64,000 nt of DNA, from assembly GCA_040954595.2 (NCBI GenBank), contig CM082585.2:2324902-2388901 (forward strand). The letters run 5' to 3'. A program made the position numbers and the translations under genes. Below, in pieces: positions 1 through 12,270 of this stretch. The notes under the pieces are model-generated. The model was not told the DNA's origin, did no database searches, and was given only the letters and a program-made list of their open reading frames with translations. This DNA comes from Balanoglossus misakiensis (taxonomy: Eukaryota; Animalia; Hemichordata). Within the stretch, counting starts at the first letter, position 1; the number at the start of each line of letters is the position of its first letter.

Positions 1-3000
1 CTTTTCAACTTTAGATCAACGGATAGTTCTAAAATTTCCATGGTTGTTTCCAAACAGCCTCGTTTATTTACCGAATTCTGTTGTGATGCGTAGAACACAT
101 ACATATGCCTATGCGCATAAGAAAGTTTTCCACTAGACTCCGTAGATCGACGAATAGTTCTAAAATGTCCATGGTTGCTTCCAAACAAAGCCTGGTTTGT
201 TTACAAAATTCTGTTGTGATGCGCAGAACACATAGATAGGCCTATGCGCATATGAACGTTTTCCACTATACTCTGTAGATCGAGAGATAGTTCTAAAATT
301 TCCATGTTTGCTTCCAAACAGCCTCGTTTATTTACGGAATTCTGTTTTGAGGCGCAGAACACATAGATAGGCATATGTGCATAAGAAAGTTTTCCACTAT
401 AGACTCTGTAGATCGAGAGATAGTTCTAAAATGTCCATGGTTGCTTCCAAACACAGCCTCGTTTGTTTACAAAATTCTGTTGTGATGCGCAGAACACATA
501 TATAGGCCTATGCGCATAATAACGTTTTCCACTAGACTCTGTAGATCGACGGATAGTTGTAAAATTTCCATGGTTGCTTCCAAACAGCCTCGTTTATTTA
601 CCGAATTCTGTTGTAAGGCACAGAACACATAGATAGGCCTATGTGCATAAGAAAGTTTTCCACTATAGACTCTGTAGATCGAGAGATAGTTCTAAAATGT
701 CCATGGTTGCTTCCAAACACAGCCTCGTTTGTTTACAAAATTCTGTTGTGATGCGCAGAACACATATATAGGCCTATGCGCATAATAACGTTTTCCACTA
801 GACTCTGTAGATCGACGGATAGTTGTAAAATTTCCATGGTTGCTTCCAAACAGCCTCGTTTATTTACCGAATTCTGTTGTGAGGCGCAGAACACATAGAT
901 AGGCATATGTGCATAAGAAAGTTTTCCACTATAGACTCTGTAGATCGAGAGATAGTTCTAAAATGTCCATGGTTGCTACCAAACACAGCCTCGTTTGTTT
1001 ACAAAATTCTGTTGTGATGCGCAGAACACATATATAGGCCTATGCGCATAAGAACGTTTCCACTAGACTCTGTAGATCGACGGATAGTTGTAAAATTTCC
1101 ATGGTTGCTTCCAAACAGCCTCGTTTATTTACTGATTTCTGTTGTGAGGCGCAGAACACATGATAGGCCAATGCGCATAAGACATTTTTCCACTAGACTC
1201 TGTAGATCGACGGATAGTTGTAAAATTTCCATGGTTGCTTCCAAACAACCTCGTTTGTTTACGAATTCTGTTGTGATGCGCAGAACACATATATAGGCCT
1301 ATGCGCATAAGAACGTTTTCCACTAGACTCTGTAGATCGAGAGATAGTTCTAAAATTTCCATGGTTGCTTCCAAACAGCCTCGTTTATTTACCGAATTCT
1401 GTTGTGAGACGCAGAACACGTAATAGGCCTATGCGCATAAGAAAGTTTTCCACCAGACTCCGTAGATCGACGGATAGTTGTAAAATTTCCATGGTTGCTT
1501 CCAAACAGCCTCGTTTATTTACCGAATTCTGTTGTGAGGCGCAGAACACATAGATAGGCCTATGTGCATAAGAAAGTTTTCCACTATAGACTCTGTAGAT
1601 CGAGAGATAGTTCTAAAATGTCCATGGTTGCTACCAAACACAGCCTCGTTTGTTTACAAAATTCTGTTGTGATGCGCAGAACACATATATAGGGCTATGC
1701 GCATAAGAAAGTTTTCCACCAGACTCCGTAGATCGACGGATAGTTGTAAAATTTCCATGGTTGCTTCCAAACAGCCTCGTTTATTTACCGAATTCTGTTG
1801 TGAGGCGCAGAACACATAGATAGGCATATGTGCATAAGAAAGTTTTCCACTATAGACTCTGTAGATCGAGAGATAGTTCTAAAATGTCCATGGTTGCTAC
1901 CAAACACAGCCTCGTTTGTTTACAAAATTCTGTTGTGATGCGCAGAACACATAGATAGGCCTATGCGCATATGAACGTTTTCCACCATACACTGTAGATC
2001 GAGAGATAGTTCTAAAACTTCCATGTTTGCTTCCAAACAGCCTCGTTTATTTGCGGAATTCTGTTTTGAGGCGCAGAACACATAGATAGGCATATGTGAA
2101 TAAGAAAGTTTTCCACTATAGACTCTGTAGATCGAGAGATAGTTGTAAAATTTCCATGGTTGCTTCCAAACAGCCTCGTTTATTTACCGATTTCTGTTGT
2201 GAGGCGCAGAACACATAGATAGGCCTATGCGCATAAAAAACTTTTCAACTTTAGATCAACGGATAGTTCTAAAATTTCCATGGTTGTTTCCAAACAGCCT
2301 CGTTTATTTACCGAATTCTGTTGTGATGCGTAGAACACATACATATGCCTATGCGCATAAGAAAGTTTTCCACTAGACTCCGTAGATCGACGAATAGTTC
2401 TAAAATGTCCATGGTTGCTTCCAAACAAAGCCTGGTTTGTTTACAAAATTCTGTTGTGATGCGCAGAACACATAGATAGGCCTATGCGCATATGAACGTT
2501 TTCCACTATACTCTGTAGATCGAGAGATAGTTCTAAAATTTCCATGTTTGCTTCCAAACAGCCTCGTTTATTTACGGAATTCTGTTTTGAGGCGCAGAAC
2601 ACATAGATAGGCATATGTGCATAAGAAAGTTTTCCACTATAGACTCTGTAGATCGAGAGATAGTTCTAAAATGTCCATGGTTGCTTCCAAACACAGCCTC
2701 GTTTGTTTACAAAATTCTGTTGTGATGCGCAGAACACATATATAGGCCTATGCGCATAATAACGTTTTCCACTAGACTCTGTAGATCGACGGATAGTTGT
2801 AAAATTTCCATGGTTGCTTCCAAACAGCCTCGTTTATTTACCGAATTCTGTTGTAAGGCACAGAACACATAGATAGGCCTATGTGCATAAGAAAGTTTTC
2901 CACTATAGACTCTGTAGATCGAGAGATAGTTCTAAAATGTCCATGGTTGCTTCCAAACACAGCCTCGTTTGTCTACAAAATTCTGTTGTGATGCGCAGAA

Positions 3001-3925
3001 CACATATATAGGCCTATGCGCATAATAACGTTTTCCACTAGACTCTGTAGATCGACGGATAGTTGTAAAATTTCCATGGTTGCTTCCAAACAGCCTCGTT
3101 TATTTACCGAATTCTGTTGTGAGGCGCAGAACACATAGATAGGCATATGTGCATAAGAAAGTTTTCCACTATAGACTCTGTAGATCGAGAGATAGTTCTA
3201 AAATGTCCATGGTTGCTACCAAACACAGCCTCGTTTGTTTACAAAATTCTGTTGTGATGCGCAGAACACATATATAGGCATATGCGCATAAGAACGTTTC
3301 CACTAGACTCTGTAGATCGACGGATAGTTGTAAAATTTCCATGGTTGCTTCCAAACAGCCTCGTTTATTTACTGATTTCTGTTGTGAGGCGCAGAACACA
3401 TGATAGGCCAATGCGCATAAGACATTTTTCCACTAGACTCTGTAGATCGACGGATAGTTGTAAAATTTCCATGGTTGCTTCCAAACAACCTCGTTTGTTT
3501 ACGAATTCTGTTGTGATGCGCAGAACACATATATAGGCCTATGCGCATAAGAACGTTTTCCACTAGACTCTGTAGATCGAGAGATAGTTCTAAAATTTCC
3601 ATGGTTGCTTCCAAACAGCCTCGTTTATTTACCGAATTCTGTTGTGAGACGCAGAACACGTAATAGGCCTATGCGCATAAGAAAGTTTTCCACCAGACTC
3701 CGTAGATCGACGGATAGTTGTAAAATTTCCATGGTTGCTTCCAAACAGCCTCGTTTATTTACCGAATTCTGTTGTGAGGCGCAGAACACATAGATAGGCC
3801 TATGTGCATAAGAAAGTTTTCCACTATAGACTCTGTAGATCGAGAGATAGTTCTAAAATGTCCATGGTTGCTACCAAACACAGCCTCGTTTGTTTACAAA
3901 ATTCTGTTGTGATGCGCAGAACACA
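1..3925. repeat. Higher-order repeat, 2240-bp period (~17 monomers), second copy partial
   Basis: Sequence at 1 recurs at 2241. Matching ORF artefacts at 1042/3282, 1129/3369 and 1365/3605 (offset 2240). End point approximate. Confidence 0.85.
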
Positions 3926-6900
3926 TAGATAGGCCTATGCGCATATGAACGTTTTCCACTATACACTGTAGATCGAGAGATAGTTCTAAAACTTCCATGT
4001 TTGCTTCCAAACAGCCTCGTTTATTTGCGGAATTCTGTTTTGAGGCGCAGAACACATAGATAGGCATATGTGAATAAGAAAGTTTTCCACTATAGACTCT
4101 GTAGATCGAGAGATAGTTGTAAAATTTCCATGGTTGCTTCCAAACAGCCTCGTTTATTTACCGATTTCTGTTGTGAGGCGCAGAACACATAGATAGGCCT
4201 ATGCGCATAAAAAACTTTTCAACTTTAGATCAACGGATAGTTCTAAAATTTCCATGGTTGCTTCCAAACACAGCCTCGTTTGTTTACAAAATTCTGTTGT
4301 GATGCGCAGAACACATATATAGGCCTATGCGCATAAGAACGTTTTCCACTAGACTCTGTATATCCACGGATAGCTGTAAAATTGCCATGTTTGCTTCCAA
4401 ACAGCCTCGTTTATTTACGGAATTCTGTTTTTAGGCGCAGAACACATAGATAGGCATATGTGCATAAGAAAGTTTTCCACTATAGACTCTGTAGATCGAG
4501 AGATAGTTCTAAAATGTCCATGGTTGCTTCCAAACACAGCCTCGTTTGTTTACAAAATTCTGTTGTGATGCGCAGAACACATATATAGGCCTATGCGCAA
4601 AAGAACGTTTTCCACTAGACTCTGTAGATCGACGGATAGCTGTAAAATTTCCATGGTTGCTTCCAAACTGCCTCGTTTATTTACCGATTTCTGTTGTGAG
4701 GCGCAGAACACATGATAGGCCTATGCGCATAAGACATTTTTCCACTAGACTCTGTAGATCGACGGATAGTTCTAACATTTCCATGGTTGCTTCCAAACAG
4801 CCTCGTTTATTTACGGAATTCTGTTGTGAGGCGCAGAACACGTAATAGGCCTATGCGCATTAGAAAGTTTTCCACAAGACGCTGTAGATCGACGGATAGT
4901 TGTAAAATGTCCATGGTTGCTTCCAAATACAGCCTCGTTTATTTACCGATTTCTGTTGTGATGCGCATAACACATATATAGGCCTATGCGCAAAAGAACG
5001 TTTTCCACTAGACTCTGTAGATCGACGGATAGCTGTAAAATTTCCATGTTTGCTTGCAAACAGCCTCGTTTATTTACGGAATTCTGTTTTGAGGCGCAGA
5101 ACACATGATAGGCCTATGCGCATACGACATTTTTCCACTAGACTCTGTAGATCGACGGATAGTTGTAAAATGTCCATGGTTGCTTCCAAACAACCTCGTT
5201 TGTTTACCGAATTCTGTTGTGATGCGCAGAACACATATATAGGCCTATGCGCATAAGAACGTTTTCCACTAGACTCTGTAGATCGACGGATAGTTGTAAA
5301 ATGTTCATGGTTGCTTCCAAATACAGCCTCGTTTATTTACCGATTTCTGTTGTGATGCGCATAACACATAGATAGGCCTATGCGCATTATAACGTTTTCC
5401 ACTAGACTCTGTAGATCGACGGATAGTTGTAAAATTTCCATGGTTGCTTCCAAACAGCCTCGTTTATTTACCGAATTCTGTTGTTAGGCGCAGAACACGT
5501 TATAGGCCTATGCGCATAAGAAAGTTTTCCACCAGACTCTGTAGATCGACGGATAGTTGTAAAATTTCCATGGTTGCTTCCAAACAGCCTCGTTTATTTA
5601 CCGAATTCTGTTGTTAGGCGCAGAACACGTTATAGGCCTATGCGCATAAGAAAGTTTTCCACCAGACTCTGTAGATGGACTGATAGTTGTAAAATTTCCA
5701 TGGTTGCTTCCAAACAGCCTCGTTTATTTACTGATTTCTGTTGTGAGGCGCAGAACACATGATAGGCCAATGCGCATAAGACATTTTTCCACTAGACTCT
5801 GTAGATCGACGGATAGTTGTAAAATTTCCATGGTTGCTTCCAAACAACCTCGTTTGTTTACGAATTCTGTTGTGATGCGCAGAACACATATATAGGGCTA
5901 TGCGCATAAGAAAGTTTTCCACCAGACTCCGTAGATCGACGGATAGTTGTAAAATTTCCATGGTTGCTTCCAAACAGCCTCGTTTATTTACCGAATTCTG
6001 TTGTGAGGCGCAGAACACATAGATAGGCATATGTGCATAAGAAAGTTTTCCACTATAGACTCTGTAGATCGAGAGATAGTTCTAAAATGTCCATGGTTGC
6101 TACCAAACACAGCCTCGTTTGTTTACAAAATTCTGTTGTGATGCGCAGAACACATAGATAGGCCTATGCGCATATGAACGTTTTCCACCATACACTGTAG
6201 ATCGAGAGATAGTTCTAAAACTTCCATGTTTGCTTCCAAACAGCCTCGTTTATTTGCGGAATTCTGTTTTGAGGCGCAGAACACATAGATAGGCATATGT
6301 GAATAAGAAAGTTTTCCACTATAGACTCTGTAGATCGAGAGATAGTTGTAAAATTTCCATGGTTGCTTCCAAACAGCCTCGTTTATTTACCGATTTCTGT
6401 TGTGAGGCGCAGAACACATAGATAGGCCTATGCGCATAAAAAACTTTTCAACTTTAGATCAACGGATAGTTCTAAAATTTCCATGGTTGTTTCCAAACAG
6501 CCTCGTTTATTTACCGAATTCTGTTGTGATGCGTAGAACACATACATATGCCTATGCGCAGAAGAAAGTTTTCCACTAGACTCCGTAGATCGACGAATAG
6601 TTCTAAAATGTCCATGGTTGCTTCCAAACAAAGCCTGGTTTGTTTACAAAATTCTGTTGTGATGCGCAGAACACATAGATAGGCCTATGCGCATATGAAC
6701 GTTTTCCACTATACTCTGTAGATCGAGAGATAGTTCTAAAATTTCCATGTTTGCTTCCAAACAGCCTCGTTTATTTACGGAATTCTGTTTTGAGGCGCAG
6801 AACACATAGATAGGCATATGTGCATAAGAAAGTTTTCCACTATAGACTCTGTAGATCGAGAGATAGTTCTAAAATGTCCATGGTTGCTTCCAAACACAGC

Positions 6901-9099
6901 CTCGTTTGTTTACAAAATTCTGTTGTGATGCGCAGAACACATATATAGGCCTATGCGCCTAATAACGTTTTCCACTAGACTCTGTACATCGACGGATAGT
7001 TGTAAAATTTCCATGGTTGCTTCCAAACAGCCTCGTTTATTTACCGAATTCTGTTGTAAGGCACAGAACACATAGATAGGCCTATGTGCATAAGAAAGTT
7101 TTCCACTATAGACTCTGTAGATCGAGAGATAGTTCTAAAATGTCCATGGTTGCTTCCAAACACAGCCTCGTTTGTTTACAAAATTCTGTTGTGATGCGCA
7201 GAACACATATATAGGCCTATGCGCATAATAACGTTTTCCACTAGACTCTGTAGATCGACGGATAGTTGTAAAATTTCCATGGTTGCTTCCAAACAGCCTC
7301 GTTTATTTACCGAATTCTGTTGTGAGGCGCAGAACACATAGATAGGCATATGTGCATAAGAAAGTTTTCCACTATAGACTCTGTAGATCGAGAGATAGTT
7401 CTAAAATGTCCATGGTTGCTACCAAACACAGCCTCGTTTGTTTACAAAATTCTGTTGTGATGCGCAGAACACATATATAGGCCTATGCGCATAAGAACGT
7501 TTTCCACTAGACTCTGTAGATCGAGAGATAGTTCTAAAATTTCCATGGTTGCTTCCAAACAGCCTCGTTTATTTACCGAATTCTGTTGTGAGACGCAGAA
7601 CACGTAATAGGCCTATGCGCATAAGAAAGTTTTCCACCAGACTCCGTAGATCGACGGATAGTTGTAAAATTTCCATGGTTGCTTCCAAACAGCCTCGTTT
7701 ATTTACCGAATTCTGTTGTGAGGCGCAGAACACATAGATAGGCATATGTGCATAAGAAAGTTTTCCACTATAGACTCTGTAGATCGAGAGATAGTTCTAA
7801 AATGTCCATGGTTGCTACCAAACACAGCCTCGTTTGTTTACAAAATTCTGTTGTGATGCGCAGAACACATAGATAGGCCTATGCGCATATGAACGTTTTC
7901 CACTATACACTGTAGATCGAGAGATAGTTCTAAAACTTCCATGTTTGCTTCCAAACAGCCTCGTTTATTTGCGGAATTCTGTTTTGAGGCGCAGAACACA
8001 TAGATAGGCATATGTGAATAAGAAAGTTTTCCACTATAGACTCTGTAGATCGAGAGATAGTTGTAAAATTTCCATGGTTGCTTCCAAACAGCCTCGTTTA
8101 TTTACCGATTTCTGTTGTGAGGCGCAGAACACATAGATAGGCCTATGCGCATAAAAAACTTTTCAACTTTAGATCAACGGATAGTTCTAAAATTTCCATG
8201 GTTGTTTCCAAACAGCCTCGTTTATTTACCGAATTCTGTTGTGATGCGTAGAACACATACATATGCCTATGCGCATAAGAAAGTTTTCCACTAGACTCCG
8301 TAGATCGACGAATAGTTCTAAAATGTCCATGGTTGCTTCCAAACAAAGCCTGGTTTGTTTACAAAATTCTGTTGTGATGCGCAGAACACATAGATAGGCC
8401 TATGCGCATATGAACGTTTTCCACTATACTCTGTAGATCGAGAGATAGTTCTAAAATTGCCATGTTTGCTTCCAAACAGCCTCGTTTATTTACGGAATTC
8501 TGTTTTGAGGCGCAGAACACATAGATAGGCATATGTGCATAAGAAAGTTTTCCACTATAGACTCTGTAGATCGAGAGATAGTTCTAAAATGTCCATGGTT
8601 GCTTCCAAACACAGCCTCGTTTGTTTACAAAATTCTTTTGTGATGCGCAGAACACATATATAGGCCTATGCGCATAAGAACGTTTTCCACTAGACTCTGT
8701 AGATCGACGGATAGTTGTAAAATTTCCATGGTTGCTTCCAAACAGCCTCGTTTATTTACCGAATTCTGTTGTGAGGCACAGAACACATAGATAGGCCTAT
8801 GTGCATAAGAAAGTTTTCCACTATAGACTCTGTAGATCGAGAGATAGTTCTAAAATGTCCATGGTTGCTTCCAAACACAGCCTCGTTTGTTTACAAAATT
8901 CTGTTGTGATGCGCAGAACACATATATAGGCCTATGCGCATAATAACGTTTTCCACTAGACTCTGTAGATCGACGGATAGTTGTAAAATTTCCATGGTTG
9001 CTTCCAAACAGCCTCGTTTATTTACCGAATTCTGTTGTGAGGCGCAGAACACATAGATAGGCATATGTGCATAAGAAAGTTTTCCACTATAGACTCTGT

Positions 9100-12000
9100 A
9101 GATCGAGAGATAGTTCTAAAATGTCCATGGTTGCTACCAAACACAGCCTCGTTTGTTTACAAAATTCTGTTGTGATGCGCAGAACACATATATAGGCCTA
9201 TGCGCATAAGAACGTTTCCACTAGACTCTGTAGATCGACGGATAGCTGTAAAATTTCCATGGTTGCTTCCAAACAGCCTCGTTTATTTACCGATTTCTGT
9301 TGTGAGGCGCAGAACACATGATAGGCCTATGCGCATGAGACATTTTTCCACTAGACTCTGTAGATCGACGGATAGTTGTAAAATTTCATGGTTGCTTCCA
9401 AATACAGCCTCGTTTATTTACCGATTTCTGTTGTGAGGCGCAGAACACATAGATAGGCCTATGTGCATAAGAAAGTTTTCCACTATAGACTCTGTAGATC
9501 GAGAGATAGTTCTAAAATGTCCATGGTTGCTTCCAAACACAGCCTCGTTTGTTTACAAAATTCTGTTGTGATGCGCAGAACACATATATAGGCCTATGCG
9601 CATAATAACGTTTTCCACTAGACTCTGTAGATCGACGGATAGTTGTAAAATTTCCATGGTTGCTTCCAAACAGCCTCGTTTATTTACCGATTTCTGTTGT
9701 GAGGCGCAGAACACATGATAGGCCTATGCGCATGAGACATTTTTCCACTAGACTCTGTAGATCGACGGATAGTTGTAAAATTTCATGGTTGCTTCCAAAT
9801 ACAGCCTCGTTTATTTACCGATTTCTGTTGTGAGGCGCAGAACACATAGATAGGCCTATGTGCATAAGAAAGTTTTCCACTATAGACTCTGTAGATCGAG
9901 AGATAGTTCTAAAATGTCCATGGTTGCTTCCAAACACAGCCTCGTTTGTTTACAAAATTCTGTTGTGATGCGCAGAACACATATATAGGCCTATGCGCAT
10001 AATAACGTTTTCCACTAGACTCTGTAGATCGACGGATAGTTGTAAAATTTCCATGGTTGCTTCCAAACAGCCTCGTCTATTTACCGAATTCTGTTGTGAG
10101 GCGCAGAACACATAGATAGGCATATGTGCATAAGAAAGTTTTCCACTATAGACTCTGTAGATCGAGAGATAGTTCTAAAATGTCCATGGTTGCTACCATA
10201 CACAGCCTCGTTTGTTTACAAAATTCTGTTGTGATGCGCAGAACACATATATAGGCCTATGCGCATAAGAACGTTTCCACTAGACTCTGTAGATCGACGG
10301 ATTGCTGTAAAATTTCATGGTTGCTTCCAAATACAACCTCGTTTATTTACCGATTTCTGTTGTGATGCGCATAACACATAGATAGGCCTATGCGCATAAG
10401 AACGTTTTACACTAGACTCTGTAGATCGACGGATAGTTGTACAATTTCCATGGTTGCTTCCAAACAGCTTCGTTTATTTACCGATTTCTGTTGTGAGGCG
10501 CAGAACACATGATAGGCCTATGCGCATAAGACATTTTTCCACTAGACTCTGTAGATCGACGGATAGTTCTAAAAGTTCCATGGTTGCTTCCAAACAGCCT
10601 CGTTTATTTACCGAATTCTGTTGTGAGGCGCAGAGCACGTAATAGGCCTATGCGCATAAGAAAGTTTTCCACCAGACTCTGTAGATCGAGAGATAGTTCT
10701 AAAATGTCCATGGTTGCTACCAAACACAGCCTCGTTTGTTTACAAAATTCTGTTGTGATGCGCAGAACACATATATAGGCCTATGCGCATAAGAACGTTT
10801 CCACTAGACTCTGTAGATCGACGGATAGCTGTAAAATTTCCATGGTTGCTTCCAAACAGCCTCGTTTATTTACCGATTTCTGTTGTGAGGCGCAGAACAC
10901 ATGATAGGCCTATGCGCATGAGACATTTTTCCACTAGACTCTGTAGATCGACGGATAGTTGTAAAATTTCATGGTTGCTTCCAAATACAGCCTCGTTTAT
11001 TTACCGATTTCTGTTGTGAGGCGCAGAACACATAGATAGGCCTATGTGCATAAGAAAGTTTTCCACTATAGACTCTGTAGATCGAGAGATAGTTCTAAAA
11101 TGTCCATGGTTGCTTCCAAACACAGCCTCGTTTGTTTACAAAATTCTGTTGTGATGCGCAGAACACATATATAGGCCTATGCGCATAATAACGTTTTCCA
11201 CTAGACTCTGTAGATCGACGGATAGTTGTAAAATTTCCATGGTTGCTTCCAAACAGCCTCGTTTATTTACCGATTTCTGTTGTGAGGCGCAGAACACATG
11301 ATAGGCCTATGCGCATGAGACATTTTTCCACTAGACTCTGTAGATCGACGGATAGTTGTAAAATTTCATGGTTGCTTCCAAATACAGCCTCGTTTATTTA
11401 CCGATTTCTGTTGTGAGGCGCAGAACACATAGATAGGCCTATGTGCATAAGAAAGTTTTCCACTATAGACTCTGTAGATCGAGAGATAGTTCTAAAATGT
11501 CCATGGTTGCTTCCAAACACAGCCTCGTTTGTTTACAAAATTCTGTTGTGATGCGCAGAACACATATATAGGCCTATGCGCATAATAACGTTTTCCACTA
11601 GACTCTGTAGATCGACGGATAGTTGTAAAATTTCCATGGTTGCTTCCAAACAGCCTCGTTTATTTACCGAATTCTGTTGTGAGGCGCAGAACACATAGAT
11701 AGGCATATGTGCATAAGAAAGTTTTCCACTATAGACTCTGTAGATCGAGAGATAGTTCTAAAATGTCCATGGTTGCTACCATACACAGCCTCGTTTGTTT
11801 ACAAAATTCTGTTGTGATGCGCAGAACACATATATAGGCCTATGCGCATAAGAACGTTTCCACTAGACTCTGTAGATCGACGGATTGCTGTAAAATTTCA
11901 TGGTTGCTTCCAAATACAACCTCGTTTATTTACCGATTTCTGTTGTGATGCGCATAACACATAGATAGGCCTATGCGCATAAGAACGTTTTACACTAGAC

Positions 12001-12270
12001 TCTGTAGATCGACGGATAGTTGTACAATTTCCATGGTTGCTTCCAAACAGCTTCGTTTATTTACCGATTTCTGTTGTGAGGCGCAGAACACATGATAGGC
12101 CTATGCGCATAAGACATTTTTCCACTAGACTCTGTAGATCGACGGATAGTTCTAAAAGTTCCATGGTTGCTTCCAAACAGCCTCGTTTATTTACCGAATT
12201 CTGTTGTGAGGCGCAGAGCACGTAATAGGCCTATGCGCATAAGAAAGTTTTCCACCAGACTCTGTAGATC
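9100..12270. repeat. Higher-order repeat, 1583-bp period (~12 monomers) x2
   Basis: Offsets 9200/10783, 10454/12037 and 10584/12167. Shared private variants GCTACCATAC, GGATTGCTG, CAGCTTCG. Boundaries approximate. Confidence 0.85.

Noticed and set aside
40-170. Monomer as a tandem tRNA, 5S rRNA or snRNA gene (typical Tx1 targets)
   Set aside because: No cloverleaf, Pol III A/B boxes or recognisable 5S/U-snRNA sequence by eye. An Rfam/Infernal scan would be the formal test.
10468-10484. Possible CENP-B box (CTTCGTTTATTTACCG variant)
   Set aside because: Does not fit TTCG-N4-A-N2-CGGG: the A is misplaced and CGGG is absent.
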